Position numbers and translations under genes: made by a program. From the NCBI GenBank assembly GCA_051530055.1, contig CM121341.1, positions 8,472,784 to 8,536,783 on the forward strand: DNA of 64,000 nt, in the 5' to 3' direction. Origin of the DNA: Neoechinorhynchus agilis (Eukaryota > Animalia > Acanthocephala). The notes below the pieces were generated by a model, which was given only the letters and a program-made list of their open reading frames with translations, was not told where the DNA came from and searched no databases. The first letter of the stretch is position 1, and the number at the start of each line of letters is the position of its first letter. Shown piece by piece: positions 51,741 to 64,000 of the stretch.

Positions 51741-53611
51741 TAATTCTAAAATGTGCAAAATGTTATGGAGTAACACAAAAATCACACAAAAAATATATTC
51801 AGAGTGGTGAACAGAATCGCAATGGATATCAATTTTAAGAATCGCGAAACAACAGATCTTGAAGGACGTAACGGAACCCTATGCTGGGAATTCGACCCGG
51901 AATTTTTTGCAGCGTCAAGATAATGTGCAGCGAGTACTAAAGTTGAACAAAAACATTCGGCATTAAATTTCTAATGGTATCACTAAAAAAAGCCATACAG
52001 AATTTTTAGATTTTTTCCATTTTCGATAAAAGCGAGAAACTCGAAGTAAAATGAGAAATATCGTAAGAATGATTATGTTACAATAGAAATCTTTATATAG
52101 ACAACAACGAGCATAAATAGCATTTTTCCAATAGAGTAAAATAGACGGAGAAAAAAGGACACGGGTTTTTAAATACGCCGCAATCATCAGCTACTAAAGT
52201 CATAAATCCACAGTCCTGTAACAATAGGATTTGGTTTCCAGATTTTTCAGGAAATCAGGTTGAAAATTGACTAGTATGAGCAGAAAAGTTTTGAGATAAA
52301 TGGCGGATAATAGGAGTATTATTGCATATACTTGACGAATGTCTTGTTTTTATTCCAAGTGTTCCATTTAAGAAGTTAGTCTACTTCAAGTGCAAATGGT
52401 TTTTTCCGGGGTTGAAGAAGCATCTAAACTTTTGATTGGAAACGCACTAGTAAAAAAGAGGGCAGTTTATTGCGACGAGACAGTCTTCATTTATCGGCTA
52501 CTGAAGTTCAAAGAAGAGACGATATTTGAATTGGAGACAACATCGAATGTGAGTACTTTTCGAATTGGTGGCATGGGCCGAATGTAAATTCCCTGAATAT
52601 TTATTTCCGAAATTTCACTCGGGATAATTCATTTTGGTAATCATTGTCAAAATACAATAAACTTGATTTTTTAAGTGGCAAAAGTGGGAGAAGGTATGTT
52701 TAGATTTCAAGTTCGACTAAACAAAGATGATTAAGGTTAGGTCGACATGGAGCACTAGAGCAGCAGCACACTATCCGGAAAAGCGAATTTCTGCGCAGAA
52801 TTCCGAGTACTACAAAACGCGTTGTTCTGAAGGCGTTATTTCCGTGGCGACAGAAGCTGCTCAAGCACTCACATTTCGGGAAACATGACCTCGAGAGCGA
52901 GAGAGATCTATAATTTTTATGGCCTGTTGAAAAGGAACACAAATTCACTTAACCTCATGCATTCAAAAGAGAACGCCCCCCCACCGACATAGCAGCATGT
53001 TGCACACTTGGATCTCGTGAGTTGTTGAGACGGAATGTCAGTACGAATCCTTGCACCCGCCGGCATAAAACGACGACATACCCCTCCGTGCTCTCCAATA
53101 ATTGTAAAAAAAGTCTCGACGTTGTACGTTCACCAAACAGATCATCGTCCTCTTCGCTTTGACCAATGCATTCCGCATGTCTAAAAAGAATTGGAGAAGA
53201 TCCGGTTTAAGATGTGCTGTAATCGAACAAGGAACGAAGAAACGGGCGAAAACGTCCATAATAAGGTGCGCTCAGATGTTTTACTCGTTTTCTAAAGAAA
53301 TTGACTAGAGAAAAATGGTTTCAGAGGAACACATTCACAAAATCGTAAAGGAGAATCAGGTGGGTCATACAAAACAACAACATTATTTTTATTTACGGGC
53401 GTGCGAAAAAGACAATGTTAAACCATTGACGTCCAGACAAGCTTACAGGGATTTCCTTAAAGAATCTACTCAAAAACCCTAGCATTTGAAAGAAAATGAG
53501 TAAAAAGACGTTCATTTCCCGACATACAAAAAGTGCCAGTTAATGAGGCACTCATTCATAATGTCGATATGCGAGAGGAGGTACTCGGGTATATGATTAG
53601 AAGAATTATGG

Positions 53612-53915
53612 TTTAGAAGTCTTCATCCGGTAAAGAGTTTATTAGAGACGTTCTGCGAGCCTCCAAGGGTTCATCATCAGTTTGTTGCTTTTTAAAATAC
53701 GCTTAGTAAAGCAACGAACTGATGATGAACCCTAGATGGTTCGCAGAACGCTTTTAATCGAAAAAGTTATTTACGGAGTGATGAAAACTTCTAAACAACC
53801 TCCTTTCACATAACGACATTTTATTAAAGACGTTCTGCAAACCTTTTAGAGTTCATCATCAGTTCTAAAATAAAAATGGAATAAAAAATTATTTACCGGG
53901 TAAAGACTTCTAAAC
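53612..53915. mobile_element. Foldback MITE (same family as 31681) plus a partial copy
   Basis: tagaagtcttcatc...gacgttctgcga...gggttcatcatcagtt pairs with aactgatgatgaaccc...tcgcagaacg...gatgaaaacttcta. Confidence 0.75.
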
Positions 53916-54339
53916 AATAAGACTTTCTCTATAAGTTTTGGTAGACATAGCAAAAAAACCCTTAATATCGAATCCATTTTAGGCATGTTATATGCATAGC
54001 GATTATCTTTTTTTTTCAAAACCAAAATCACCTTTAAGTGGACAAAAAAGAGAAGAATGCCAACACTCGAGGGACATACCATTTCCGTGAATAAAGGAAC
54101 ACTCACAACTTCAGCTATTTCTGTTGCACGCATTGTGTTTGGGTAACAATCTGTCTGCCATTTCCCACGTGGATTTAGCATCCGCCATCAGATTCCACTG
54201 AGTAGGATGTATACCGTTAAATCTAGAAAATCTTCATTCAGAAATACTCACTTCTAAGTGGCGGTCAGAACAGAATCTCTTCAATTTTTATCTATAGCTC
54301 GCATAATAAAATAAGCGCAAACCAGAGTAGTTGGTGCGA

Positions 54340-56667
54340 TTTAAAAGAAGAGCAAGTCTTTAGAAACTAAATTTCATTTTAACTATCCATTCCATGATAG
54401 ACATACAAAAATATCGATTAGAGTTTCTCCGATACAAAAAAGTGATATTCTAATTGATCTCTTCTAGAAAACGGCTTTATTATCGCACAATGAACTTCTG
54501 GACAGACTGATGCCAATGGACTTGAGAAACATTTCTCAATCAGAATTGGAGTCCAAAACTCGGGCAATATTTGAAGAAAATGCAAAGAGGTGAGATTTTG
54601 GTTCTCCGAATGTCTATCATTAATCAGTTATCGTTAAAGAAGGTTTGAAGCGATGAAAAGTCACTTGGGCGAATATTTGGTCAAGCAGAATAAGAGACGA
54701 ACACGATCATGGGTAATCGATAAGCATCCAAATATGACATTTAAGAAAAAACGATATTCGTCCATTGGAAACACTAACACACTTAAGTACGCGGAGGAGC
54801 ATAACTCGTTTTTTATCGTTATTTTATAGCTCTTGCTGTTTTGAACGATGCCAGTCGACTAAGCCGACGGCGCAACTTTCCCTAATAAATTGGAACGATC
54901 TTTCAAATGAACAACGTTCTCAACTCATTGGATACACGGGTTTATTTTAGATCAAGTCGACTGAAAACGAGAAAAAACTTTTCTTGGGTAGGTTTACCGA
55001 AATGGAATGCAAGTGGACAATACCTCGGATGCGACCGTTGTAAGGATTTAGTGGACCAAGTAATAAATCAGTCTTCCAAATGTAACCAAAAGGGTAAGGA
55101 CAGTCATAATAAGTGACTTATAAAGCTGTGCGCTAGATGAACACCAAAAGGAAATGGCACTTTCGACAATGATGGTTTGTCAAGATTCTTTAAAACTAAA
55201 GACACGTAGGCTAAATCATCGTTTTACAATTCGACCTGATTTTGTCCTTTTCAAACCCAGTTGAATCCACAATTCCGTTTACTATCGAATCACTTGCATT
55301 GACATCCAAAGAGGATCCTTCATATGTACACCGATCAGCTTTTCGTGCAGTTAAAAAGACTACTCGCAATGAATGGGAGGAACCTATTATTTCGGATCAA
55401 CTAACGAATTGCACACTTCCGTTCGAGTACTTAAATGAAACCGTTAAAAATCAAACAAATTATATCAAACCGACTACTAATCATCCAAAATGCGACTATC
55501 AATTACAGATTAGTAAAGACTTTACTCAACATTTGCCAACATCAATGCTGGAATATTTTTACTGGCAATGTATGAGCCCAGGAAGTAAGTATTTCACTTT
55601 TTCTTTGAAAATGGGTTGCATGGTCGATTGAAGAACAAGTATCTAGAAACACGACTGCTTTAGATGGTCACTAACTCGATTTTTGTCTTTCAAGCAACCT
55701 TGTGTAAAAATCACCAAATCGAATTTGGAACTTAAATGCAAGTTTTTTTAGTTTCCCTAGGGTGTCATTTTGAACAAGGTGACTCAAGAGATTTTTAAGT
55801 GATTCAACAATACCCATTTAAGGAACTGTTTTGAACACAAAATGAACGAGAGCGCAGAATTTTGGTCCCTTAGTGAGAAAAGGATTAAATTAGAATGAAA
55901 TGCTGTTTGATTTTCTCATCTATGAAACTTCTTAATTCTCGCGATCCCTATAACTATGAATTATAGTTTCAGAAACAGAATTCGATTTCTCTACTCTGAC
56001 CTACTAGAAACTGTTCAAAAATCACGATTTTCTTCGCTCGCTCCTATCGTATTAGTTGCACCGCAACGGCAATGCCAAAAGACAAGCGTTTCGTCAATTC
56101 TTTATCATGAAAAAAGGCAGGAACGGTTCAGGGCGCATAGGGAACTCGGTGGTGTAGTGAGGTCTTTTGCGACGACCACTGAGCAAAGCCTCCAATGCCA
56201 AAAAAACCCTTTTAGAACAGTTTCCTTCGAAAACAATGAACATGGACGGCGGTTCCGGTGGTGCCGAAGTATCAAGGAGAAAGCGAAAGTCTCAACCGAA
56301 GAAGCATCCTAACCATAGAGAGAGGTGGAATAATGGCGAAAGCAATGTGGATAACGGAAAAATCACAAAACCTTTGTTTTGGAAATATTTTCTGGGACCG
56401 CCGATAGACGTCCCACGGTCACAACTGCAACACAGAGAGTCGAGTGTTAAAAGTCCGGGGATGGATTTCGTAAAGGAAGAGGAGGACGGTGAGGAATTTC
56501 ATAGGAGGTTTCAGGAAACAATCGCAATGAGAATTTTAAGTGATTTGCCCATTAGTGATGAGTACTACCGAGATCTAAATGAACGGGTAAAATCGAAAAA
56601 CTCAACTAGACTGCTACAATGGACCCGTGTCCTTAGTGGTGGCGGATCAAGCGGTACAAATAATTAA
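54340..56667 (+). CDS. Unidentified multi-exon gene, possibly secreted or membrane; 5' exons may extend to about 52300
   Basis: AG/GT-bounded short exons (for example ELLDRLMPMDLRNISQSELESK, RFEAMKSHLGEYL, GLPKWNASGQYLGCDRC) and ORFs 55242-55631 and 56167-56667. Several N-X-S/T sequons and Cys residues. Confidence 0.4.
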
Positions 56668-56831
56668 CTGAAAAATAGAGAATAAATTGAGCGAAAATTG
56701 ATTAGCATGGAGGGGCTTTTGTTGACTAGGAAATAAAAAGGACCCTAAAGTTTCTAGTATTTAGAATCAAAAGACAAAACAAATAAACCAGCTTCTAAAA
56801 ACAATAACCACCAACCTTCCCACACTCGACC

Positions 56832-57255
56832 GGACCCGTGATCTACTCTATCATTCGGCGTAGTCGTCGACCGTCATCGTCAACCGTCTCCTCCGGATCC
56901 GTAATCCACATCCACTTCCGGATCCGTCATCCACTTCAAACTCAGGATCCGTCATGTACTCCAATTCCTGATCTGTCATTCACTCAAAATTTCCGGATCC
57001 GTCATTCATCCACTTCAAATTCCCGATCCGTCATCTACTCCACATTCCGGATCCGTCATTCATCTACTCCAAATTCCGAATCCGTCATTCATCAACTCTA
57101 ATTCCGGATCCGTCATCAACTCAAAATTCCGGATTCCTCATTCATCCACTCCGAATTCCGGGTCCGTCATCAACCTCTCCGGATCCGTCATACACTCGCA
57201 ATTTAAAGATCCGTCATCCACTCAGAACTCCGGATCTATTATCCACTCCGAATTT
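56832..57255 (+). repeat. Minisatellite, about 15 units of about 24-29 bp (consensus near aattccggatccgtca(ttca)tccactcca)
   Basis: The ggatccgtca core recurs at about 25-30 bp spacing. Confidence 0.92.
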
Positions 57256-57264
57256 CCCAATAGG

Positions 57265-57475
57265 AGACGGCGAAACTTGGCATTAAACGCTGCGAAATGC
57301 GAGATTTTAATGATGAACGGCGAATATGAGGCGTCCAGACAAATTATCGTTAAAGATTTTCAGAACTTGGCCCGGGGATAGAATTGATCACTCCAGGCCG
57401 GTTGAGGGTTCTAGGTGCCAATCTTCGACCGCAACTTTCAATGCACGAGGCTCTGTTCCTGATCAAGAAAATATC
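57265..57475 (+). mobile_element. Internal CRE-type RT fragment abutting the satellite
   Basis: gcgaaatgcgagatttta...acaaattatcgttaaagattttcagaacttggcccgg...ctgttcctgatcaagaa matches the reverse complement of about 14470-14740. Confidence 0.85.
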
Positions 57476-60400
57476 AATCAGTGTCCGTTTAATAAAATAA
57501 ATCAGAAATCACTGCTTTGATTTGGGAGACTAAGTCATGTACCGGAATTCCGGATATCGATTAATCGAAAATATAAAGACTTTCATCTTTCTGGCAGCTG
57601 AGGAAAATTTATAAGGCAATTAGGAAAATAGCAGTCAGTGTCCGTTTAATAAAATCAACCAGAGATCACTGCTTTGATTTGGGAGACTCAGTCATGCACC
57701 GGAATTCGGGATATCGATTAATCGAAAATATAACCGCTTGGTTTTTTAGCCTAAATCTTTTTACCTTCAATAAATTGGGGAGTTAAATATAAAGTTTTAG
57801 GCAGCTAAGGAAAATTTATATGGAAATTAAGAAAATATTAATCAGTGTCCGTTTAATAAAATCAATCAGAGATCACTGCTTTGATTTGGGAGATTAAGTC
57901 ATGCACCGGAATTAAGGACATCGATTAATCGAAAATATAACCGCTTTGTTTTTTAGCCTAAATCTTTTTACCTTCAATAAATTGGAGAGTCAAATATAAA
58001 CTTTTAGGCAGCTAAGAAAAATTTATATGGAAATTAAGAAAACATTACTCAGTGTCCGTTTAATAAAATCAATCAGAGATCACTGCTTCGATTTGGGAGA
58101 CTAAGTCATGTACCGGAATTCGGGATATCGATTAATCGAAAATATAAAGACTTTCATCTTTCTGGCAGCTGAGGACAATTTATAAGGCAATTAGGGAAAT
58201 ATTAATGAGTCCGTGTAATAAAATCAATCAGAGATCACTGCTTTGATTTGGGAGATTAAGTCATGTACCGGAATTCCGGATATCGATTAATCGAAAATAT
58301 AAAGACTTTCATCTTTCTGGCAGCTGAGGAAAATTTATAAGGCAATTAGGAAAATATCAATCAGTGTTCGTTTAATAAAATCAATCAGAGATCACTGCTT
58401 TGATTTGGGAGACTAAGTCATGTACCGGAATTCGGGATATCGATTAATCGAAAATATAACTGCTTGTTTTTTAGCCTAAATCTTTTTACCTTCAATAAAT
58501 TGGGGAGTTAAATATAAAGTTTTAGGCAGCTAAGGAAAATTTATAAGGCAATTAAGGAAATATCAATCAGTGTTCGTTTAATAAAATCAATCAGAGATCA
58601 CTGCTTTGATTTGGGAGATTAAGTCATGTACCGGAATTCCGGATATCGATTAATCGAAAATATAAAGACTTTCATCTTTCTGGCAGCTGAGGAAAATTTA
58701 TAAGGCAATTAAGAAAATATTAATGTGTCCGTTTAATAAAATCAATCAGAGATCACTGCTTCGATTTGGGAGATTAAGTCATGCACCGGAATTCGGGATA
58801 TCGATTAATCGAAAATATAACCACTTGTTTTTTAGCCTAAATCTTTTTACCTTCAATAAATTGGAGAGTCAAATATAAACTTTCAGGCAGCGAAGGAACA
58901 TTTATAAGGCAATTAGGAAAATATCAATCAGTGTCCGTTTAGTAAAATCAATCAGAGATCACTGCTTTGATTTGGGAGATTAAGTCATGTACCGGAATTC
59001 CGGATATCGATTAATCGAAAATATAAAGACTTTCATCTTTCTGGCAGCTGAGGAACATTTATAAGGTGAAAATATCAATCAGTGTCCGTTTAGTAAAATC
59101 AATCAGAGATCACTGCTTTGATTTGGGAGATTAAGTCATGTACCGGAATTCCGGATATCGATTAATCGAAAATATAAAGACTTTCATCTTTCTGGCAGCT
59201 GAGGAAAATTTATAAGGCAATTAGGAAAATATCAATCAGTGTCCGTTTAATAAAATCAATCAGAGATCACTGCTTTGATTTGGGAGATTAAGTCATGTAC
59301 CGGAATTCCGGATATCGATTAATCGAAAATATAAAGACTTTCATCTTTCTGGCAGCTGAGGAAAATTTATAAGGCAATTAGGAAAATATCAATCAGTGTC
59401 CGTTTAATAAAATCAATCAGAGATCACTGCTTTGATTTGGGAGATTAAGTCATGCACCGGAATTCGGGATATCGATTAATCGAAAATATAACCGCTTCTT
59501 TTTTAGCCTAAATCTTTTTACCTTCAATAAATTGGGAGTCAAATATAAACTTTCAGGCAGCTAAGGAAAATTTATAAGGCAATTAGGAAAATATCAATGT
59601 GTCCGTTTAATAAAATCAATCAGAGATCACTGCTTTGATTTGGGGTCATGTACCGGAATTCGGGATATCGATTAATCGAAAATATAAATGCTTTGTTTTT
59701 TAGCCTAAATCTTTTTACCTTCAATAAATTGGGGAGTTAAATATAAAGTTTTAGGCAGCTAAGGAAAATTTATAAGGCAATTAAGAAAATATCAATCAGT
59801 GTTCGTTTAATAAAATCAATCAGAGATCACTGCTTTGATTTGGGAGATTAAGTCATGTACCGGAATTCCGGATATCGATTAATCGAAAATATAAAGACTT
59901 TCATCTTTCTGGCAGCTGAGGAAAATTTATAAGGCAATTAGGAAAATATCAATGTGTCCGTTTAATAAAATCAATCAGAGATCACTGCTTTGATTTGGGA
60001 GATTAAGTCATGCACGGAATTCGGGATATCGATTAATCGAAAATATAAAGACTTTCATCTTTCTGGCAGCTGAGGAAAATTTATAAGGCAATTAGGAAAA
60101 TATCAATCAGTGTCCGTTTAATAAAATCAATCAGAGATCACTGCTTTGATTTGGGAGATTAAGTCATGTACCGGAATTCGGGATATCGATTAATCGAAAA
60201 TATAAAGACTTTCATCTTTCTGGCAGCTGAGGAAAATTTATAAGGCAATTAGGAAAATATCAATCAGTGTCCGTTTAATAAAATCAATCAGAGATCACTG
60301 CTTCGATTTGGGAGATTAAGTCATGTACCGGAATTCGGGATATCGATTAATCGAAAATATAACCACTTGTTTTTTAGCCTAAATCTTTTTACCTTCAATA

Positions 60401-60943
60401 AATTGGAGAGTCAAATATAAACTTTCAGGCAGCTAAGGAAAATTTATAAGGCAATTAAGAAAATATCAATCAGTGTCCGTTTAGTAAAATCAATCAGAGA
60501 TCACTGCTTTGATTTGGGAGATTAAGTCATGTACCGGAATTCCGGATATCGATTAATCGAAAATATAAAGACTTTCATCTTTCTGGCAGCTGAGGAAAAT
60601 TTATAAGGCAATTAGGAAAATATCAATCAGTGTCCGTTTAATAAAATCAATCAGAGATCACTGCTTTGATTTGGGAGATTAAGTCATGTACCGGAATTCG
60701 GGATATCGATTAATCGAAAATATAACCACTTGTTTTTTAGCCTAAATCTTTTTACCTTCAATAAATTGGAAGTCAAATATAAACTTTCAGGCAGCTGAGG
60801 AAAATTTATAAGGCAATTAAGAAAATATCAATGTGTCCGTTTAATAAAATCAATCAGAGATCACTGCTTTGATTTTGGAGATTAAGTCATGTACCGAAAT
60901 TCCGGATATCGATTAATCAAAAATATAAAGGCTTTCATCTTTC
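57468..60943 (-). repeat. Satellite array, about 20 monomers, same family as 18029-20293 in inverted orientation
   Basis: Reverse complement of the 157/205-bp monomers. Counted from gatatcgattaatcg anchors. Confidence 0.98.
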
Positions 60944-61239
60944 TTTTCATCCAAACTTTGGTAGAACTCTGAGACTAATAATCAGTCAACTTTTTTTATG
61001 GGCTAACTAAAGATTCACTGGTGAAAATACTTTCCATTGATGTTTGCAAGCAGAATTAAATCCTGAATGTTAAAAAGTTGGTACGATTCCATTATCACAA
61101 TTCCATCAGCGGCATCGTCTTTATCTAATTTCTTTCTGACACATTTACACCAAGTCGCCTTGAACTTTGTGCCTAATAAAATGATATAATCGTAGATTCT
61201 TTTAAAGAACAAAATATCCATTACTGGTTTTACTTCTTT
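60944..61239 (-). repeat. 296-bp unique cap of the right inverted arm
   Basis: Reverse complement of 17733-18028. Both encode the same peptide MDILFFKRIY...KYFHQ. Confidence 0.97.
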
Positions 61240-61372
61240 GGATAATTTGCTTGCTGCAACGGGCACAAAAAATACACGATTGTTGTGGCACAAGCAGAGC
61301 AACAGATAATACCATCAAAATCCATCGACGCAAAGACAAAAGCATGGGAACTCCGTAGAAATATTCTTGGTA

Positions 61373-64000
61373 CGACAGCCCAACTACGTATTCGGACCAC
61401 TCAAATACCGAGGAAACGCCCAACGCTACCGGGACACCATTCCTAAATTCTGTTCATCAAATCACTACTTTGGGACAAGCAATTTCATTTGCACTCTAAA
61501 CACACGATCCTTATCCGACCGTTGACACTGCAATGATACAATTTGACGCAACCAGTCACGACAGCCCAACTACGTATTCGGACCAATCAAATACCGATGA
61601 AATGCCCGACGCTACCGGGACGCTAGGCCTCCCTTTTTCAATCACGAAATTGGAGTTTTTTAAATCACGTCGTGGGGGATCTGGTCATATCCCGCGATCA
61701 CTTCAACCGGCAACACCAGAAAATCCGTCGACGCTCCCCGAAGACGCCGGGAGTCTTCCTTCCGCTGCTGATCTCGTGCGTGTTCTTCATAGGAACATTC
61801 TGAAACGGATCCCAAAGGGCGCATGATATCTAGTAGCTTAAGGATTCGCTTTCCCCAGATTTGTACTTTTCGCTGGCGACAGTTCGGGGGAGTCTTTCAC
61901 TGCGGTAATCAAAAGATGCCTCGTATCCTTTGAGGAAAGTTTCTTGAGCATTCGTCGTTTAGTAAAGAAGGATCCCAAACAACGTGCGAATGCGACTAAC
62001 TGCCATCGAACACCTACAAGACCGCTTGCTGAGTGCGTATCTTCAAAACTCGCTGATGGAGATGTTCGGTGAGGTGCCCGTATTTTGTCCTCCTCTGATA
62101 CATTTGCAAGTTATTCGCCCTCCACACTTCAGGGTTTAAAGTTGAGGCATCCGCAAAGTTCAACCCAAACAGAAATTCCTGCATGTTCCGTCCCTCAAAG
62201 ACACTCCACTTCGACAGTTGAACTGAGAATGGCCATATCCTCCTTCGCCCACGGCTATGGTCATTGGGCTTCGTCCTCAGCACCTAAAGGATATGATGTC
62301 GTTCTCAGTTGGAGATGCAGACCACTCGCTTGCTACCAATCTTTGTCGACTAGTCGACCTTTTCATCGAAGCAAATTTACATCCTCGGGCAGTTGAGTTA
62401 TTTTTTGGCGCATCTTTGTGCGCTTTGAACAAAAAGACTAGTGGGATTCGTTTTATCGCCGTTGGCTCTGTTCTACGTCGGCTCGCAAGTAAAATCCTTT
62501 GCAAACGTATTGCAGAAGGGATAGGGCAGCAACTTCACCCAGTCCAACTGGGATTCTGCACACCCTGCGGGTCCGAAGCCATTGTCCACGCACTCCGCCA
62601 CTTCATCACCAATAGTTCAACGCAGTGTGTGATTTTGAAGTGCGACTTTACAAATGCCTTCAATTCCATTCACCGTGCCGCTCTCAGCGCAGAGCGAAAT
62701 CGTCAAAAGTTTTCGAAATCTGGCACCCGGTTTAGAATTGATCACTCTATTCCGGCTGAGTCTTCTAGGGAGTTGCGTTTTTGATTCTAATTTGGAAAAT
62801 GAAATCGACCATATACTCCCGAACATCACGATTGGCTCTATTCATGATCAAGAATACCCTCTTCATCCCGAAACTACTTTATAAACTGCGTACGGCTTCC
62901 TTCTTCACGCACGTCGATAAGTTAAAGAAGCTCGATGACATTGTGACGGCCTGTCCCGAGCACATTTTAAATATCAAGCTATCAGACGAGGCCCGGCGAC
63001 AAGCTTCATTGCCGGTGTCGTCGGGTGCCTTGGGTATTCGAAAAACAGCAGATGTGTCGTTTTCCGCGTTTTTATGATCATTCGATGGGATTCGGGATCT
63101 GATAAAACGTATATTGGGATCCCAGTTCTGTTTAGCGGACGAATTTCTAGTAGCGGTCCAGGAATTGTGGGAGAAGACGGATTACAACCAAGTTCCCATG
63201 AATGGCCTAAAGCAATCTATCTGGCATAAATCTTTAGTCGCCCGAGCTCATAGTTCTCTAATTTCAGGCTCTCGCGACGAGGTCGACCGGGCTAGATTGC
63301 TGGCAGTCTCTGCAAGAACCGGGAGCATGGTTAGAAGCCTTACTCCGTGGGAACGCTCTTCGTAGACGAAGCAGTTCGGATCGGAGTGTCCCTCAGATTA
63401 GGTCTACCGATTTGTGTCGAACATCGTTGCCAGCGTGGAATGATCGTGGATCCACTGGGGAGACATGGCCTTGTTTGCAACAAATCAGGGGGTCGTTTCT
63501 CACGACATGCTGAAATGAACGACGTAATTTCGTGTGCCCTGAATACGATAAACGTCCCAAACATTATAGAGCCAAGCAAATTGTGCCGACTCGATGGTTG
63601 TCGTCCGGATGACGTCACCGTATTCCCGTGGCTAGAAAGCAAATGTCTTCTCTGGTTCGCCACGTTCGCGGCAAGTAACAGGAGGTTTGTGGTGCAGTCC
63701 CCAGGGGGAGCGGCAACTGCCGCGGAGGACCACAAGGTGGCGAAATATAAAGAATTAAGTGGGTTTCACGTTTTTGTACCCTTTGGAGTGGAGACTCTTG
63801 GTGCGCACGGTAGCTCGGCACTTGGATTTACGAAGGAGTTATCGAGTAGACTCCAGGCCAAGACAGGGGACACAAGAGCTGGTGCCTTCCTGCGCCAAAA
63901 CATTGTGTGGTCGCGATCCAAAGAGGAAACGCAGCGAGTGTGGTCGCGATCACTGAGGGGAGAGTGATGCCTCTTTTTCGTGGACGGTGGTGATTATTGA
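61373..64000 (+). mobile_element. CRE-clade (RLE) non-LTR retrotransposon, degenerate with RT-core deletion
   Basis: A 63-bp 5' direct repeat (61373-61435, 61559-61621); ILKRIPKG; GLRPQHLKD...GIRFIAVGSVLRRLASK...CDFTNAFNSIHR; YxDD region deleted at about 62690; CVEHRC; RPDDVTVFPW; FVPFGVETLGAHG. Confidence 0.92.

Noticed and set aside
56838-57101. 87-aa ORF with repeated FRIRH motifs
   Set aside because: It is a translation of the minisatellite, whose variable unit lengths do not preserve frame.

Overview
AT-rich invertebrate (metazoan) nuclear DNA with compact genes and tiny introns (about 39-60 nt); the taxon cannot be fixed from the sequence. Two repeat-rich flanks (about 1-17.7 kb and 56.8-64 kb) hold decayed LINEs, Penelope-like pieces and CRE-type (RLE) retrotransposons; the left flank also contains SNRNP40 and a LysM gene. 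The flanks surround a gene-dense core: GALNT7-like, G-beta, a spectrin-repeat/KASH-like gene, TYMS, OAT, NDUFAF1 and several unidentified genes. The most striking structure is a pair of inverted arms, 17733-~20293 and ~57468-61239. Each arm is an identical 296-bp unique cap followed by a 157/205-bp higher-order satellite array, and both arrays end at nearly the same monomer phase. The arms bracket about 37 kb of host genes, with a CRE retrotransposon pointing outward beyond each. Other notable items: a possible spliced-leader-like segment in the long satellite monomer (speculative), a 43-nt tRNA-Gly(TCC) remnant reduced to acceptor stem plus T-arm, a near-perfect 297-bp hairpin, and a 1-nt frameshift in NDUFAF1.
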